Shown here: positions 1-12,894 of the stretch, one piece after another | How the letters are laid out: every line of letters starts with the position of its first letter | Numbering within the stretch: position 1 is the stretch's first letter | From: Octopus sinensis | Lineage: Eukaryota | Reading direction: 5' to 3' | DNA length: 64,000 nt | Assembly: GCF_006345805.1 (NCBI RefSeq) | Contig: NC_043001.1 | Location: forward strand, 106,268,001 to 106,332,000 | The notes under the pieces: model-generated | The model's input: the letters and a program-made list of their open reading frames with translations, nothing else | Databases searched by the model: none | Told to the model about the DNA's origin: nothing | Made by a program: the position numbers and the translations under genes

Positions 1-174
1 AAGCAGGAAGAAAGAGTGAGAGAAAGTTGTGGTGAAAGAGTACAGCGGGGTTTACCACTGTACTCTTACAAATTAGTTTGCTCAATAAACACTTACCATG
101 CCCGGTCTTGGAATCGAAACCGCGTTCTTACGACCGCGAGTCCGCTGCCATAACCACTGGGCCATTGCGCTTCC
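1..174 (-). mobile_element. tRNA-derived SINE (family B), partial
   Basis: Reverse complement gives an A-box-like 'ggaagcgcaatggcccagtggttatgg' and a B-box-like 'ggtttcgattcc'. The body matches 55080-55205 of this window. Confidence 0.7.
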
Positions 175-523
175 AATGCTGCTGTTGTTGCAACTCTATT
201 AATGACGTTTTGACTGTTTTCAGTCATCAGCAAATACTAAACCTCGTAATGCCCGAGATGATATTTACAGTCCTTGCTTTGAAACGCTGTTGCTTGAAGA
301 TGCCACCCGTTGTCCTGTATTCAAGAAATATAATAGAAAACGACACAATCCGGCATAACTGCAAAAGTAGTGCAAATAGTAATGGTGCCAAAATACAAAC
401 CTTGTTTTTTGCCATTTTTATCATCAAAAGACCGAAATTGATTGTCATTTCAGAGAACAGAAGCCTTGTTTCAGAAAGCATCTTACCACACCGCCACCTA
501 TGTATGTATAGAAATTAAAATGT

Positions 524-1187
524 TCTTCTCTCTTCTAGATACAAGGCCCGAAATGTTTTGTTGGGGAGGGGACCGGTCGATAAGATCGACACCAGTACGC
601 AACTGGTACTTAATTTATTGACCCCGAAAGGACAAAAGTAAAGTTGACCTCGGCGGAATTTGAACTCACAACGTTAAGACAGACGAAGTTTAGTATTTCG
701 CCCGGCGTGCTAACCTTTCTACCAGCTCGCCGCCTTGTAGCTTTACAAATATTCTTCTCTTCTCTAGGTACAAGGTCCAAAATTTGGACGGTGATGAGGG
801 GACCAGTCGATTTGATCAACCCTAGTATGGGGTTGGTACTTAATTTATCGACCCCGAAAAATTGAAAGGTAAAGTCGACCTCGGCAGAATTTGAACTCAG
901 AATATAAAGACAGACGAAATACTGCTAAGCATTTCGCCCGGCGTGCAAACGTTTCTTATTTCTTTACTGCCCACGAGGGGCTACACACAGAGGGGACAAA
1001 CAAGAACAGACAAACGGATTAAGTCGATTATATCGATCCCAGTGCGTAACTGGTACTTATTTAATCGACCCCGAAAAGATGAAAGGTAAAATTGAACTCG
1101 GCAGAATTTGAACTCAGAACATAAAGACAGACGGAATACTGTTAAGCATTTCGCCCGGCGTGCTAACGTTTCTGCCAGCTCGCCGCC
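524..1187 (-). mobile_element. Stack of three same-orientation tRNA-derived SINEs (family A): 524-736, 752-955, 956-1187
   Basis: Each copy has the minus-strand head 'ggcggcgagctggcagaaacgttagcacgccgggcgaaat...gagttcaaattccgccgaggtcgac' and the core 'ggggtcgataaattaagtaccag'. The family recurs many times in the window. Confidence 0.85.
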
Positions 1188-1591
1188 CCATGAAATTAAA
1201 ATAATAATCAATAAAAAAACATCTGTAAGATGATGTAGAAATAATCAAATATTTGCGAAATCATCGATAAATGTTTGTAATAAATACGTTATACTTTGCT
1301 TTAGTGGCATTTACTGAAAAAGAAAAAAATGAGAAATTTCATATAGATTTAAAGGGCAGCTTGAATGTAAGAATACGTTAAATGTTTCAGTGAAAATATA
1401 AAACAATATATTACAAACTTAATGAAAGCGTAATTATGAAAATTAATAAAAGAATCAATAAGCGAAAATATCAACATGCAAAATTGATTAAAATTATAAC
1501 AAAAATAAACAAAAATTATGAGGTAAAATACAATGTGTAAAATGGAGAATAAAATTGACAATCTATTAATATTATATGAAAAAAAATGAAC

Positions 1592-1747
1592 ATATACTTA
1601 TAAAATATACTTATATAAAATATACTTATATAATATACTTATAAAATATACTTATATAAAATATACTTATATACTTATATATATACTTATATAATATACT
1701 TATATATATACTTATAAAATATACTTATATAAAATATACTTATAAAA
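1592..1747. repeat. Minisatellite of ~15-bp TATACTTATATAAAA units
   Basis: Directly visible tandem repetition. Confidence 0.9.
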
Positions 1748-3611
1748 CGTAGATTTGTTTAATGAGGATTAAAGCACGCGCCATTATAAAAACCGGATAA
1801 GTTGTTTTACAATGAAAAATACGATGCCTGGTCAAAATGTATTGGGACTGACGCTATAAAAAGGTGACTACAAGACAGCAATTCAGCATTTAATCCCCTT
1901 TCATGTTGTCTCTTTTCTGAAGCCACAGACATTGTCTAGTGTGGTTTCCTTTCATAGAAATATTTCTGGAATTCATTTGTTTGGTTTTTTTCCTTTTGTT
2001 TTATTTTTGAATACCGAACAGCTGCCTCACATAAAGCATTTCGATATTTGAAAACTTGTTCCTTCGAAGTGGAGTTCCTTTCAAGCATTAGTTTTGGAGA
2101 CATATCCGTAGACACATGATCAGTCGCTTGTTATGGTCATTTTCAAAAGCGTTTTCGTCTTCAACGACACAATCAAGATCTTACGAAACAGAAACCCGAT
2201 GCTTCTTTTATGAGACAACCACACTTTTATTCCTAGCACTGCAAGAAAGTTATAACTTAGTGTGCATGCGCGACAGATCTCAAGGCCAATCTGTGCCAAA
2301 CTGCCAAATTCTGCGTAGTTTAGCTCCGTTACTATAGCAAAAGTCTCGATATTTTTTAACCAGACCTCGTATATTCTCTAACACATCTGCTGCTAAAGTT
2401 AACACCGAATACAGAAGGTGACTAGATCACCAAAAGTATAAAATGAGACCTGCCTTTGTTTCGAATGAACCAATTAGGGCTTTCAAGCGATCTCCAAAAC
2501 ATGAACGCTGCGCGACATGTCTCCCCCGGGTGAAGGATCCTAATTTATAGGGTTCGGTGCGCCAGCCTATCAAACTGTCCTGTTGCTTTGAGAGCATATC
2601 ATGGAAATTAAGAGCTAGAAGATAAAATTCTTAATGTAAAACAAAGTATGGCAAAGAGTTGTGAGGTGGAATAGGTATTTCGGTTGCAGACCACCTGAAG
2701 TTTTATATGTGAGACGCCAGCGAGATGATGCTTCGTGTTTAGCTTGAAATTGATGATAACTTTGAATTTTCAACACCGATGGTGCTTAGATGAAGCACCA
2801 TTAAATTTGGGTTAGAAAAAGAATATATTTGCCCATTTACTATGGTAACTGTACAGCGTCTGCTTCAATGATGTGTTTTAACACTCTCAGATAGTTTCTA
2901 TCGTTATCAATATATTTTCGCTGACAACTCCTCGTGTATTCCCTGGTTATTTAGAAGAAACAGTTCTTAGAAGTTCATTTCTGTTACTAATTTTATTAGA
3001 TACTGCGTTGTTGTTGTTGTATTTATTGCTCATATTTCTTATAGCTTTATATTCCTACTCTCTTGATACAGCTTTCAGGCTTACGGAGCGAGAAGTTTCA
3101 AATGTTGATTTGTCATTCACTGTAGTTTCAAGAGAAATACAATTTCAACATTTCTATTCATACAATGTCTGTCGTTTCTGAAATGAAATTCAATATTATT
3201 TCATTTTTACTATATTTTCATACAAGTTAGGCATAGAAAAACGTAAAAAAATATGCTAATAATGTGTTTTTTTTTAAAGTTATCGGGTGATGGAAAGTTT
3301 TTACGTATTTCAAAAGCAGTTTTCAGTATTCATGTGTTTAAAAATTATACTAGGAGAGTTTTGGTCTTAGCTTATTCAAGTTCCCTTATTTCCTTATGTA
3401 AAAATTGAACCCTATCTGACTTTAGTACTACCATTATAATTATACTATGTTGTACTACACGTACGCTCTAATGCTTTATCGTATTCACAATTACAATTGC
3501 TATACTTGACATATTTATTTGTACAGTTCTATATTTAATAGATTAGGAATTATGTACATTATTTATATTATATACATTTGACGGATATTTGTCCTCATCT
3601 TGTTTGTTGGT

Positions 3612-3657
3612 AACACAATGTTTCGGCTGATATACTCTCCAGCCTTCATCAGGTGCC
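3612..3657 (-). ncRNA. Minimal type I hammerhead ribozyme motif (left arm; helix III mutated)
   Basis: Minus strand: ggcac-CTGATGA-a-ggctg...cagcc-GAAAC-att-gtgtt. Helix II is a perfect 5 bp and helix I is 5 bp with wobbles. G16.2 is changed to A. Confidence 0.6.
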
Positions 3658-3852
3658 TTGGGGAAGTTTCGAACCTGGGTTCTCATTCCTAAGGTATTTT
3701 ACGCTGTTATTATTATTATTATTCAGGTCACTGCCTGGAATTGAACTCGGAATCTTGGCGTTAGTAGCCCGCGGTTTTAACCACTGTGCCATAATGGTTA
3801 AGAGTGCGGGCTACTAACCCCAAGATTCCGAGTACGATTCCAGATAGTCACT

Positions 3853-3885
<33 letters not shown>

Positions 3886-3941
3886 GCAACATCATCGAAA
3901 AATATCTTAGGAATGAGAACCTAGGTTTGAAATTTCCCCAA

Positions 3942-3987
3942 GACATCTGATGAAGGCCGGAGGGTATATCAGCCGAAACGTTGTGTT
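3942..3987 (+). ncRNA. Minimal type I hammerhead ribozyme motif (right arm), palindromic helix III AACGTT
   Basis: gacat-CTGATGA-a-ggccg...cagcc-GAAAC-GTT-gtgtt. The loop-less palindromic helix III is typical of dimer-cleaving PLE hammerheads. Confidence 0.7.
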
Positions 3988-4754
3988 AACAACAAACAAG
4001 ATGAGGACAAATATCCGTCAAATATAAATAATGTATCTATAGTTGTCCTTTGCGTTCCTTTAGCTTTCAGAGTAACGCTTTTAGATCTATAGGTATGTCC
4101 AGACATGTGACCTCTACTTGCTAACATAGGTTCTTAGAAACTTATCGCTTCAAAGATCAGTTGTATCAAGTTACCCCCTATCTGACATTCTCCGCATCTA
4201 TTGTATTGTAATTAAAACCTTTATCGATATCTTTACCAATATCCCTATCGTTAATTATGCTACACAAACCCATCCTCTTAAATATTCAATGCCATATATC
4301 CGAGCTTACGTGTGTATATATGTGTGTGTGGGTATGTTGTTATGTATGCATATATGTGTAAAATGTAAGTATACACGTATAAATATGGTTGCATCATTTA
4401 AAATATACGTATAAATATGTTCCTATCATTTTAAGGTGTCGCAATAACATCATGGATTTTGCGGGACACTTTCTGTTTTGGGAAAAAAATTTCGACTTAA
4501 TGAATTATTTGTATAATGTAGAATAAATCATGGACATAGGAAACGTTCACTTTACTATTTTCGCATTCTTTTTGCGACAGCAATGCGTAGGTTGTGATTC
4601 TAAAAGCATTTATGCAGACCTTTGCAGTGTTTCTAGAACCGAAGAATAATATGAAAACAGACTCGTTCTTGTGTAAATTCGTAAAATTATTCTTTTAAAT
4701 TATAAAGAAGGATAAGAGGAACAGGTTCATAGCTTGTGCTGATATTGAAGATTA

Positions 4755-4786
4755 TGATGACTATAATACACGTGTATGTATGTATG

Positions 4787-4818
<32 letters not shown>

Positions 4819-4836
4819 TATACATGTGAGCGCGCG

Positions 4837-4872
<36 letters not shown>

Positions 4873-4986
4873 CATAGATCTATATGTGTTTATGTTTATA
4901 TATGTATGCATCTATGTACGTATATGCATATATCTGTGTGTGTTTATGTATATGTGTGTATTCATATATATATGTATATGTGTGTA

Positions 4987-5030
<44 letters not shown>

Positions 5031-5090
5031 TGTATTTATATGTATATACACATGCACTGAGGTATATATACACATACACATCCCACACAC
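4755..5090. repeat. Compound (TA)n/(CA)n/(TG)n microsatellite
   Basis: Visible low-complexity sequence. Confidence 0.95.
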
Positions 5091-5439
5091 GCACATAGGG
5101 TTTTGTTCATGAACGTCGGATATATGTACACGAGTATTTTGTAATAAATCGTGTTGCCCATGTAATGAAAACAAACCTAAGCAAGAGCATAACTTTAAAT
5201 TGAAGTATATTCGATAGAACGAAATTGCTTTCTGTGACTCACATCCCCGAAGGAGCTGAAGTTCTCATATCAAAGAAACCATTCTCGCTTCCGTGTGGTT
5301 TTTCTCTTAAACACTATTTCCAATTCCAATTACATCGAATTCTATCCTTATAATTGGCTATTCCATCAATTGCATCCTAATATCCAAGTCTTTTGAATTA
5401 GGAAATCAGTCTTCTCATTGCTACATATTAGGTTTATAA

Positions 5440-5451
5440 ACATATATATAT

Positions 5452-5486
<35 letters not shown>

Positions 5487-6139
5487 ATATATGTATATAT
5501 AATTATTCTAACCTATTCCTCTTACTCTTTTCATTCCATTACACTCCCTTTCGACCTTCCTGTATATTTTTCTATGTATATAGGTAAACATGAACATACA
5601 TAGATACATGCATACATACATATTTGCATATAGATATATAATAATCTCTATGCATATTTATACATATATATAATATATATTATATATATATAACATATAT
5701 ATATGTAATATATGTATATATATATGATATATATATATATACATATGTATATATATATGTATATATATATATGTGTATATATATGTGTATATATATATGT
5801 ATATATATGTGCATATATATATGTGCATATATATATGTGTATATATATGTGTATATATATATGTGTATATATATATATGTATATATATGTGTATATATAT
5901 ATGTGTATATATATGTGTATATATATATGTGTATATATATATGTGTATATATATGTGTATATATATGTATGTATATATATATATGTGTATATATATGTGT
6001 ATATATATATATATACGTGTGTGTATATGTATATGTATATAAATGTATGTATGTGTGTATATGTATATATATATAAATGTATGTATATGTGTATATATGT
6101 ATATGAATATATATGTATATGTGTATATATATGAATATA

Positions 6140-6180
<41 letters not shown>

Positions 6181-6335
6181 ATATATATACGTGTGTGTAT
6201 ATGTATATATATATAAATATTTGTGTGTATATATGTATATATATATATCAATGTGTGTATATGTGTGTATATATGTATATATATATATCAATGTGTGTAT
6301 ATGTGTATATATAAGGACATATATACATGTTTACT
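5440..6335. repeat. Long compound (TA)n/(TATG)n/(TG)n microsatellite tract
   Basis: Visible low-complexity sequence; source of the spurious I/Y/H-rich ORFs. Confidence 0.95.
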
Positions 6336-6843
6336 TATGTTTGTGTAAATGTGCGAAAGCCAGTATATCTAAGCAGGCATGAGCAAGACGTTCACCGTCG
6401 TGTCTTTTCAATAAACATACATTTATATCGATGTAAAAAAAAATTGATGACGATGTTAAACTCCATGTTTTTTCTCTGTGCAGGCAAAGAAACGACATTG
6501 GTTTGGATTAGATTCACTGCTTCAACTACGTCATAAAACTGCGGCTATTCATTTTTCCTGAACTACAGATACGTAGATAATGCCGATTTATTTTATACAC
6601 AGCTTAGACGCAACCCAGCTATAATTTTTACAGAGGCGTTTTTGAAAATAGTGAATATTCTACATAGCTATTAATTTCTCTTATCTCGATGGTCAAGAAA
6701 ATGAGAAACCGACTTCTGATGAAGCGAAAAATAGCTGACATTATTTACTTCGATATCTTTTCTTTCCGTGTGTTAAGGCCAGCCGCTTCTTATCTCGATA
6801 TTTTTAGAAATACATTTATATAGAAAATACATAGCAGCTCTCC

Positions 6844-6881
<38 letters not shown>

Positions 6882-7204
6882 GCACGTTCTCTAGAAAATG
6901 TATGTGTGTGTGACTGTGTTTGTGTTCGTATGCTGTTTATGTGTTTGTGTTAATGTGAGTGCATGTACGAGTTTGCATTCGTCTCTCACCTGACAAATCT
7001 ACCACGCTTTATGTGGCATAATATCTCTCACATTTGACTCGATTTTGTCGACTATACCGTCTAAGGTGTTTAAGCATTTCCGCAGACCAATGGCCTAAAT
7101 AAGCAAAATAATAGAATCGGTAGATATATTGTAGATATATTTCGGACTTTTATTTCAAAAATGGTGCTATATTTCACTACGTATGACACTTATAACTAAA
7201 TATA

Positions 7205-7434
7205 TGTTTCTTTATTACCCACGAGGGGCTAAACATAGAGGGGACAAACAAGGACAGACAATTGAATTAAGTCGATTACATCAACCACAGTGCGTAACTG
7301 GTCCTTAATTTATCGACCCCGAAAGGATGAAAGGCAAAGACGACCTCAGCGGAATTTGAACTCAGAGCGTAATAGCAGACGAAATACTGACAAAAATTTT
7401 GCCCGGCGTGCTAACGTTTCTGCCAGCTCGCTGC
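7205..7434 (-). mobile_element. tRNA-derived SINE (family A, 'gtcccctct...aataaagaaa' tail variant)
   Basis: Same head, core and tail as 956-1187. Confidence 0.85.
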
Positions 7435-7529
7435 ATTAAGTCCATAAGATATTAATGTTAAAATTAGAAATATCATTAGAAACAGATTCATTCTAACAAC
7501 CGGAGATTATAGCTATATTATTTTTTCCG

Positions 7530-7898
7530 AGGTCTTCCCTGGTTGATCATTTCTTGATGTGGAGACCCCCTTCGGTCATGACTGACCATGGGATTGCACC
7601 TAGGAAGTTACCTTCCCAGGCACAAGTCCGGGCAATGTTGTTTGTAGAAGACCAGCAGTCGCTCATGCATGCCAGCCTCCCCTCTCCACACCACCAGTAT
7701 TATCCAAGGGAAGGGCAAAGGCCGATACAGCTTGGCACCTGTGATGTGGCAACTCATTTCTACAGCTTAGTGAACTGGAGCAACGTGAAATAAAGTGTCT
7801 TGCTCAAGACAAGAGCAAAACACGCAGCCTGGTCCGGGATTCGAATTCACCTCACGATTGTAAGCTCGCAGCTCTAACCACTGAGCCATGCGCCTTCC
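7530..7898 (-). mobile_element. tRNA-derived SINE (family B-related head, different 3' half)
   Basis: Minus-strand head 'ggcgcatggctcagtggttagagctgcg...gtgaattcgaatccc' and core 'cttgagcaagacactttatttcacgttgctccag', shared with 11414-11648 and 56293-56521. Confidence 0.75.
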
Positions 7899-10600
7899 CA
7901 TTTCTTGATAATAGTGCAAATAAAAATCATTTTTGCTACCAGTAAAAACAACTGAATGAGCGAGCAAGTGACCACTGTAACCCCAACACAAGAATTGAGA
8001 TTCATAGCAGATTTTCGTAATTTTTTTTTTTACTGTACATGATTCAGTACCGCTGCTGTTTCGTTGTTCAGTCTAATTTAAGAAGTGACTGATATTTATT
8101 TTGGGTTAAGGATACCTATGTATATTACCTATTTATTACATTTCTATGAAATTTCAATACCAAAAATCGACTGCGTTCGTTACACTATTGTTTGGATTAA
8201 ATATAGAGCTGCATTTATATTATATCGGTGAAGTGAGAGAAACGGTGCTGCGCAGAACTATACATGTATTTGCGTCTCTCACTACTCTGCATTGAAATCC
8301 AACCGGTGTTGCTTTGAACTTCATTCATTTGTGATCGATAAAATCTGTCACTGAGTTGAAAGAATTGGGTTTCATTTATATTAGATTATGCCTTGTACTG
8401 AACGCAGGAGAGCGGGGATTAAGTGCAGAATTACTGTAGTTGGGCTTAATTTGTCATCCAGTGTATATACACTTGCAAATATAAATTCTTAATTGCACGT
8501 ATATAGAGATTGTGAATTACTCATTAATACTGTGATCATTAATGCACAGTGGTTTGGTATTGGTTTAATGGAGTGGTTATTATCATATTTAGGTAGGATA
8601 ATGAATTGGATAGTATGAAGAAAAGACTAGTTCTAATCACAAATTGATTGAAATAATTTATAAATAAAAAAATCTGAATGTATGAGCAGATGGATGTTTG
8701 TACGTAAATGAGGGCAATTGTTCTCCTTTGTATTTCTCCCCGTCCTCATTTAACAAAATCGAAACGTTCAAACCAACCTCGAACATTTTTTTCCATCAAA
8801 TATCTGTATGCATTTAATCCATAAAGGATTTAATGTGTATTAATCAACCGATAATGATGCCTATAATTTAATAACCAGGCGTGTAGCACATGTAGATTAA
8901 AAGCTCTTTCGATTAGTTTTAACTTCAGAATTTAATAAGTAGTTTGCTTGTGTATTTTCTTATGGCTTTTCCTGTACAATGAGTATAATTAAACCTGGTT
9001 TCCCGAAAGTTACATTCAAGTGGAAGCAGACAAGTCAATGTGAACTGAAACTTTTAACAACAGATTTCAATTAATTAAACTTCGTTTGAATTAAATGAAA
9101 ATGAGGACGGTATTAATTATTTAAACAACCCAAAACGAAGAACATATAATTGAAATAGATTTTAGTTTCTGCAAGCTATTCATTAATATTATCTTATAAA
9201 CATATGTGATTCAACAGCATTTAATTTACACCTATTGTTTTACACAATGTGACAAGCAATTATGTTAAATAAAAGGCAATTATTACAAACTAATGTGCAA
9301 ATTACTCATTAGTGAACGCAAACCTATATTCATACAATTCTAGTGCTGAGTGAAGGTTGAAGGGCAATGTATGTATAAATTGTAATGATTATAATAATTT
9401 GGATTCAGACCTGCTACAAGGTCACAAAAGTATGGGGAAGGGTAAGAGTTGCTACATTAAGCAGAAAGTCAGCTGCAATAAAATAAAACCTGAAATTAAG
9501 ACAAAACAACTTAAGTAAAATTATTTCCCTTTTTTTATTTTAGTTGTGAAGAAACTGTCTTCAGTGCTTATGTTCTTGGTTCAACTCCAACGAATTACAT
9601 TTTGGTTAGTACATGTTTAATGTAGCGTCAGATGAATACAAGTCTTATGAATGAAATTCGATAGAAGAAACTAGAAAATGGTTGCATGGATGTAACTTGT
9701 GATTCAAATGTCATATAGTGCGTCACGTTGAGTCGAGTTCTGTAATATATTAAGGTGACAAATAAACCGATATATAAATCAGTCATAAATTAGGCTAGCA
9801 CCGTTAATCACAGAGTGATTTATATATATATATATCTGAGCTTTCTGTGCTTGTCATTAATATTTATTTTATGCAATATTTATTATTTTATGCAAAATAC
9901 GGTGTAATTCAAACGGTTAACAGCTGAACACTGAATCTGTTGAGGAAAAGCAGTTGAATACCTCGTCTCTGTGAAGCGACCAATAAACTATGAAACGCTC
10001 CGCCGGAAAGAAATCTCTCTTGCTTTTCTAAACAACATTAATAACTCAGAATTTCTTTTTTATATTTCAACCAAATTGAGATTCGCATTTGTCTCTGATT
10101 TACTATCCATTGGAGTCATTTGTTCACTTGGAAAACTGTTTCAAATTCAGTAACAGCAAATTCTTCACCTATGATATCTATTTCCTTTTCTCCACCTGTA
10201 AACGCTATGAGGCTCATATCTTCCGAAAGTCTCTGTCAAACCGTCCAATTACATACTTCAGCTCATATTTTATTCTGTGTACATCTACTGGGTCGTTGCT
10301 TTCCTCATTTTCTTTTACTATAGATATATTAAGAAGAAAATACACCGATGTTGACTCTCAGTTAAATAATTTTCAATTTCATTTTTAAATAGTGTTTTGA
10401 TACTCTAACACAGCCTTGGATTTTTATCTCATTCAGTTATTTTCTTATATATATGCATCCTAATATATGACCTACATTGGACTCATCATTCGCATAATCA
10501 CCGAACCTGGAGCTTACCTATAGTCTGTCCATAGCACTTACTCAGCATTACCTGACACCTTTCGGTTTTCTTGACCCTATTGCGTCTCTTAACCTATATA

Positions 10601-11098
10601 TAGGTCCCATTCCTGGCAAGTTTCTTGTCGGTGCCTCCATAGTCGAAGCAATAATATCGAAAATGGTCGAAATTACGTTTGTCTCCTCTTGCCGATAACT
10701 AATGAATAATTGGTGACCTGTTTTCTCTACGCCTGTGTATGTAGTATATGTTCGTTTCTTTATTTTTTTTCAATTATATATATGTATATAGGCAGGTCAT
10801 ATTTTCAGTTTGTTGTCTTTTTATCTAATCTTGAAAAGAATATATATATATATGTATATTCTTTTCAAGATTAGATAAAAAGACAACAAACTGAAAATAT
10901 GACCTGCCTATATACATATATATAATTGAAAAAAAATAAAGAAACGAACATATACTACATACACAGGCGTAGAGAAAACAGGTCACCAATTATTCATTAG
11001 TTATCGGCAAGAGGAGACAAACGTAATTTCGACCATTTTCGATATTATTGCTTCGACTATGGAGGCACCGACAAGAAACTTGCCAGGAATGGGACCTA
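10601..11098. repeat. Near-perfect palindrome, ~243-bp arms around a short (TA)n spacer
   Basis: 10601 'taggtcccattcctggcaag...' is the reverse complement of '...cttgccaggaatgggaccta' ending at 11098. Confidence 0.95.
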
Positions 11099-11413
11099 AA
11101 CATAACTAAACAAAACGGGCTCGAGACGAGACCGTTAATTGACGGACGGGGGACAAAACAATAAACAGAATATGGACTTAGGATTAACAAGAAGACGACG
11201 ATTAATAATGATAATACATATACAACGTGAAGACTTGGGGCTGCAGGAAAAAACAAAAATGGGTAATACGAAACGAGATCCCATGCAGTTTCGATCTGAA
11301 TTCACTCAAAAAGGATTGAATACGCAATGGAATTATACCCGCGATTATGTGGATGGGAAATGAACGTCTTAACCACACAGCCATACTGTGCCTATATATA
11401 TATATAAAATAAA

Positions 11414-11648
11414 TGCGCCCTTTTAAAGCCTAGCCAGGCTCATGGACTTGGTTTCTGTGGCGTATGTGCTCTCCAGCTGTACGGGACGCCAGTCCATCCC
11501 AGCGTTACTCATTTTTGCCAGCTGAATGGACTGGAGCAACCTGAAATCAAGTGCTTTGCTCAAGAGCACAACGCGTCGCCCGGTCCAGGAATCGAAACCG
11601 CAATCTTACGAGCACGGTGCTGACACACTAACCACTAAGCCACGCGCC
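11414..11648 (-). mobile_element. tRNA-derived SINE (family B), full length
   Basis: Reverse complement closely matches the plus-strand copy at 56293-56521. Confidence 0.85.
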
Positions 11649-12149
11649 TGCACACCGTGCCTATATAGTGACGATACTATCAAACTAAATATATTTCAAC
11701 CACATATTCTTACTGCTGTCTGATGTTGTTTCAAAATGAAATCCAATACAGACAGAATCTCATAGAATTGTCTTCGATAAATGAAGACGGTAACAATTAG
11801 AACTGCCAATATTTTTGACCAGTCAGTCACTGAGAGAAACAAAGTTACGATTTAGTGAATCGTGAAAAATATGAAATGCGTTTTCCCGCAGTTTATGAAG
11901 ATTAAAGAAAAGAAATATCGTAAGCGGAGAGGATAAAGATTTGAGAGGGAGATTAAACATTTGTTCTTATCTTCCATTCATAGCACAATGCATCCACTTG
12001 TTCAATCAAGCTCGCTTACGCTATTCACTAGAGACGTGCGTTCTATTTTGCGTCGGAAGAAGTCAGTAGCAGCCTGTTGAACGGAATAAGAATTATGTGT
12101 GGTGTGAGGGCATATATATGTAAGTGTGTATATGTGTGTGTGTATATCC

Positions 12150-12206
<57 letters not shown>

Positions 12207-12695
12207 TGTATGTATGTATATGTATGTATGTATATGTATGTATACACAGTGAGATAGATAGACAGGCAGGCAGACAGAGAAACAGAGTGGCAGAGTGAGA
12301 GGGAGAGAAAGAGAGTGACAGACAGACAAAGATTGATATATAAACAGATAGAAATACACATAAATGTATATGTAGATACATAAACATCCACTAGCCTTAG
12401 ATTATTTTCTATGTCTTACACATAACTACCGATGTATGCATCCCTTTCGTTTCCTTTCTCTCTTTTTATGTATAAACGTACATATGGCCACATACATAGA
12501 CATGCAGAAAGAGAGAGTGAGAGAGAGGGAAATGCAGAAAATATTGAAGGCAGAGAAAGGGTTATGGTGATGTTGGTGTGCTTAAATATAGCAGATTTCT
12601 ATTACACAATAGTGTAATAGATATGTATCTATGTCTCTCTCTCTCCACACACACGTACAAATGTAAGTATGTATCTGTGTGTGTGTGTATGTAGC

Positions 12696-12894
12696 AGGCG
12701 TAGCAATGGTTGTGTGGTACGAAGCTTGCTTCCCAACCACATGGTTCAGGCTCACTGCATGGCACGCTGGGCAAGTGTCTTTTACTATAGCCTCAGACTG
12801 ACCAAAGCCTTGTGAGTGGATTTGATAGACGGAAACTAAAAGAAGCCCATTATATGTGTGTGTGTATGTTGTGTGTGTGTGTGTCACCATCACT
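12696..12894 (+). mobile_element. tRNA-derived SINE (family C), 5' half
   Basis: 'tgtgtggtacgaagcttgcttcccaaccacatggttcagg...gggcaagtgtc...gacggaaactaaaagaagccc' matches 31561-31988. Confidence 0.8.

Larger units (their letters stand above)
3546..4035. mobile_element. Head-to-head inverted pair of tRNA-headed SINE-like elements, each carrying a hammerhead motif
   Basis: Arms 3546-~3790 and ~3788-4035 are diverged reverse complements. Each reads tRNA-like head (B-box gagttcaattcc / gagtacgattcc), (AAT)n, body, CTGATGA...GAAAC, AT-rich tail. Confidence 0.85.

Noticed and set aside
78-518. Overlapping ORFs 78-518 (+) and 227-481 (-)
   Set aside because: The plus ORF starts inside a SINE; neither shows a recognisable domain.
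3788-3850. tRNA-like sequences here and at other SINE heads
   Set aside because: A and B boxes are present, but there is no complete cloverleaf and each continues into a repeat body; these are SINE heads, not tRNA genes.
4687-6382. Many long ORFs rich in I/Y/H/T/C/V (also near 12000-12400, 13500-13860, 38570-39800, 50920-51110)
   Set aside because: Translations of (TA)n/(TG)n/(CA)n microsatellites, which lack stop codons; not genes.
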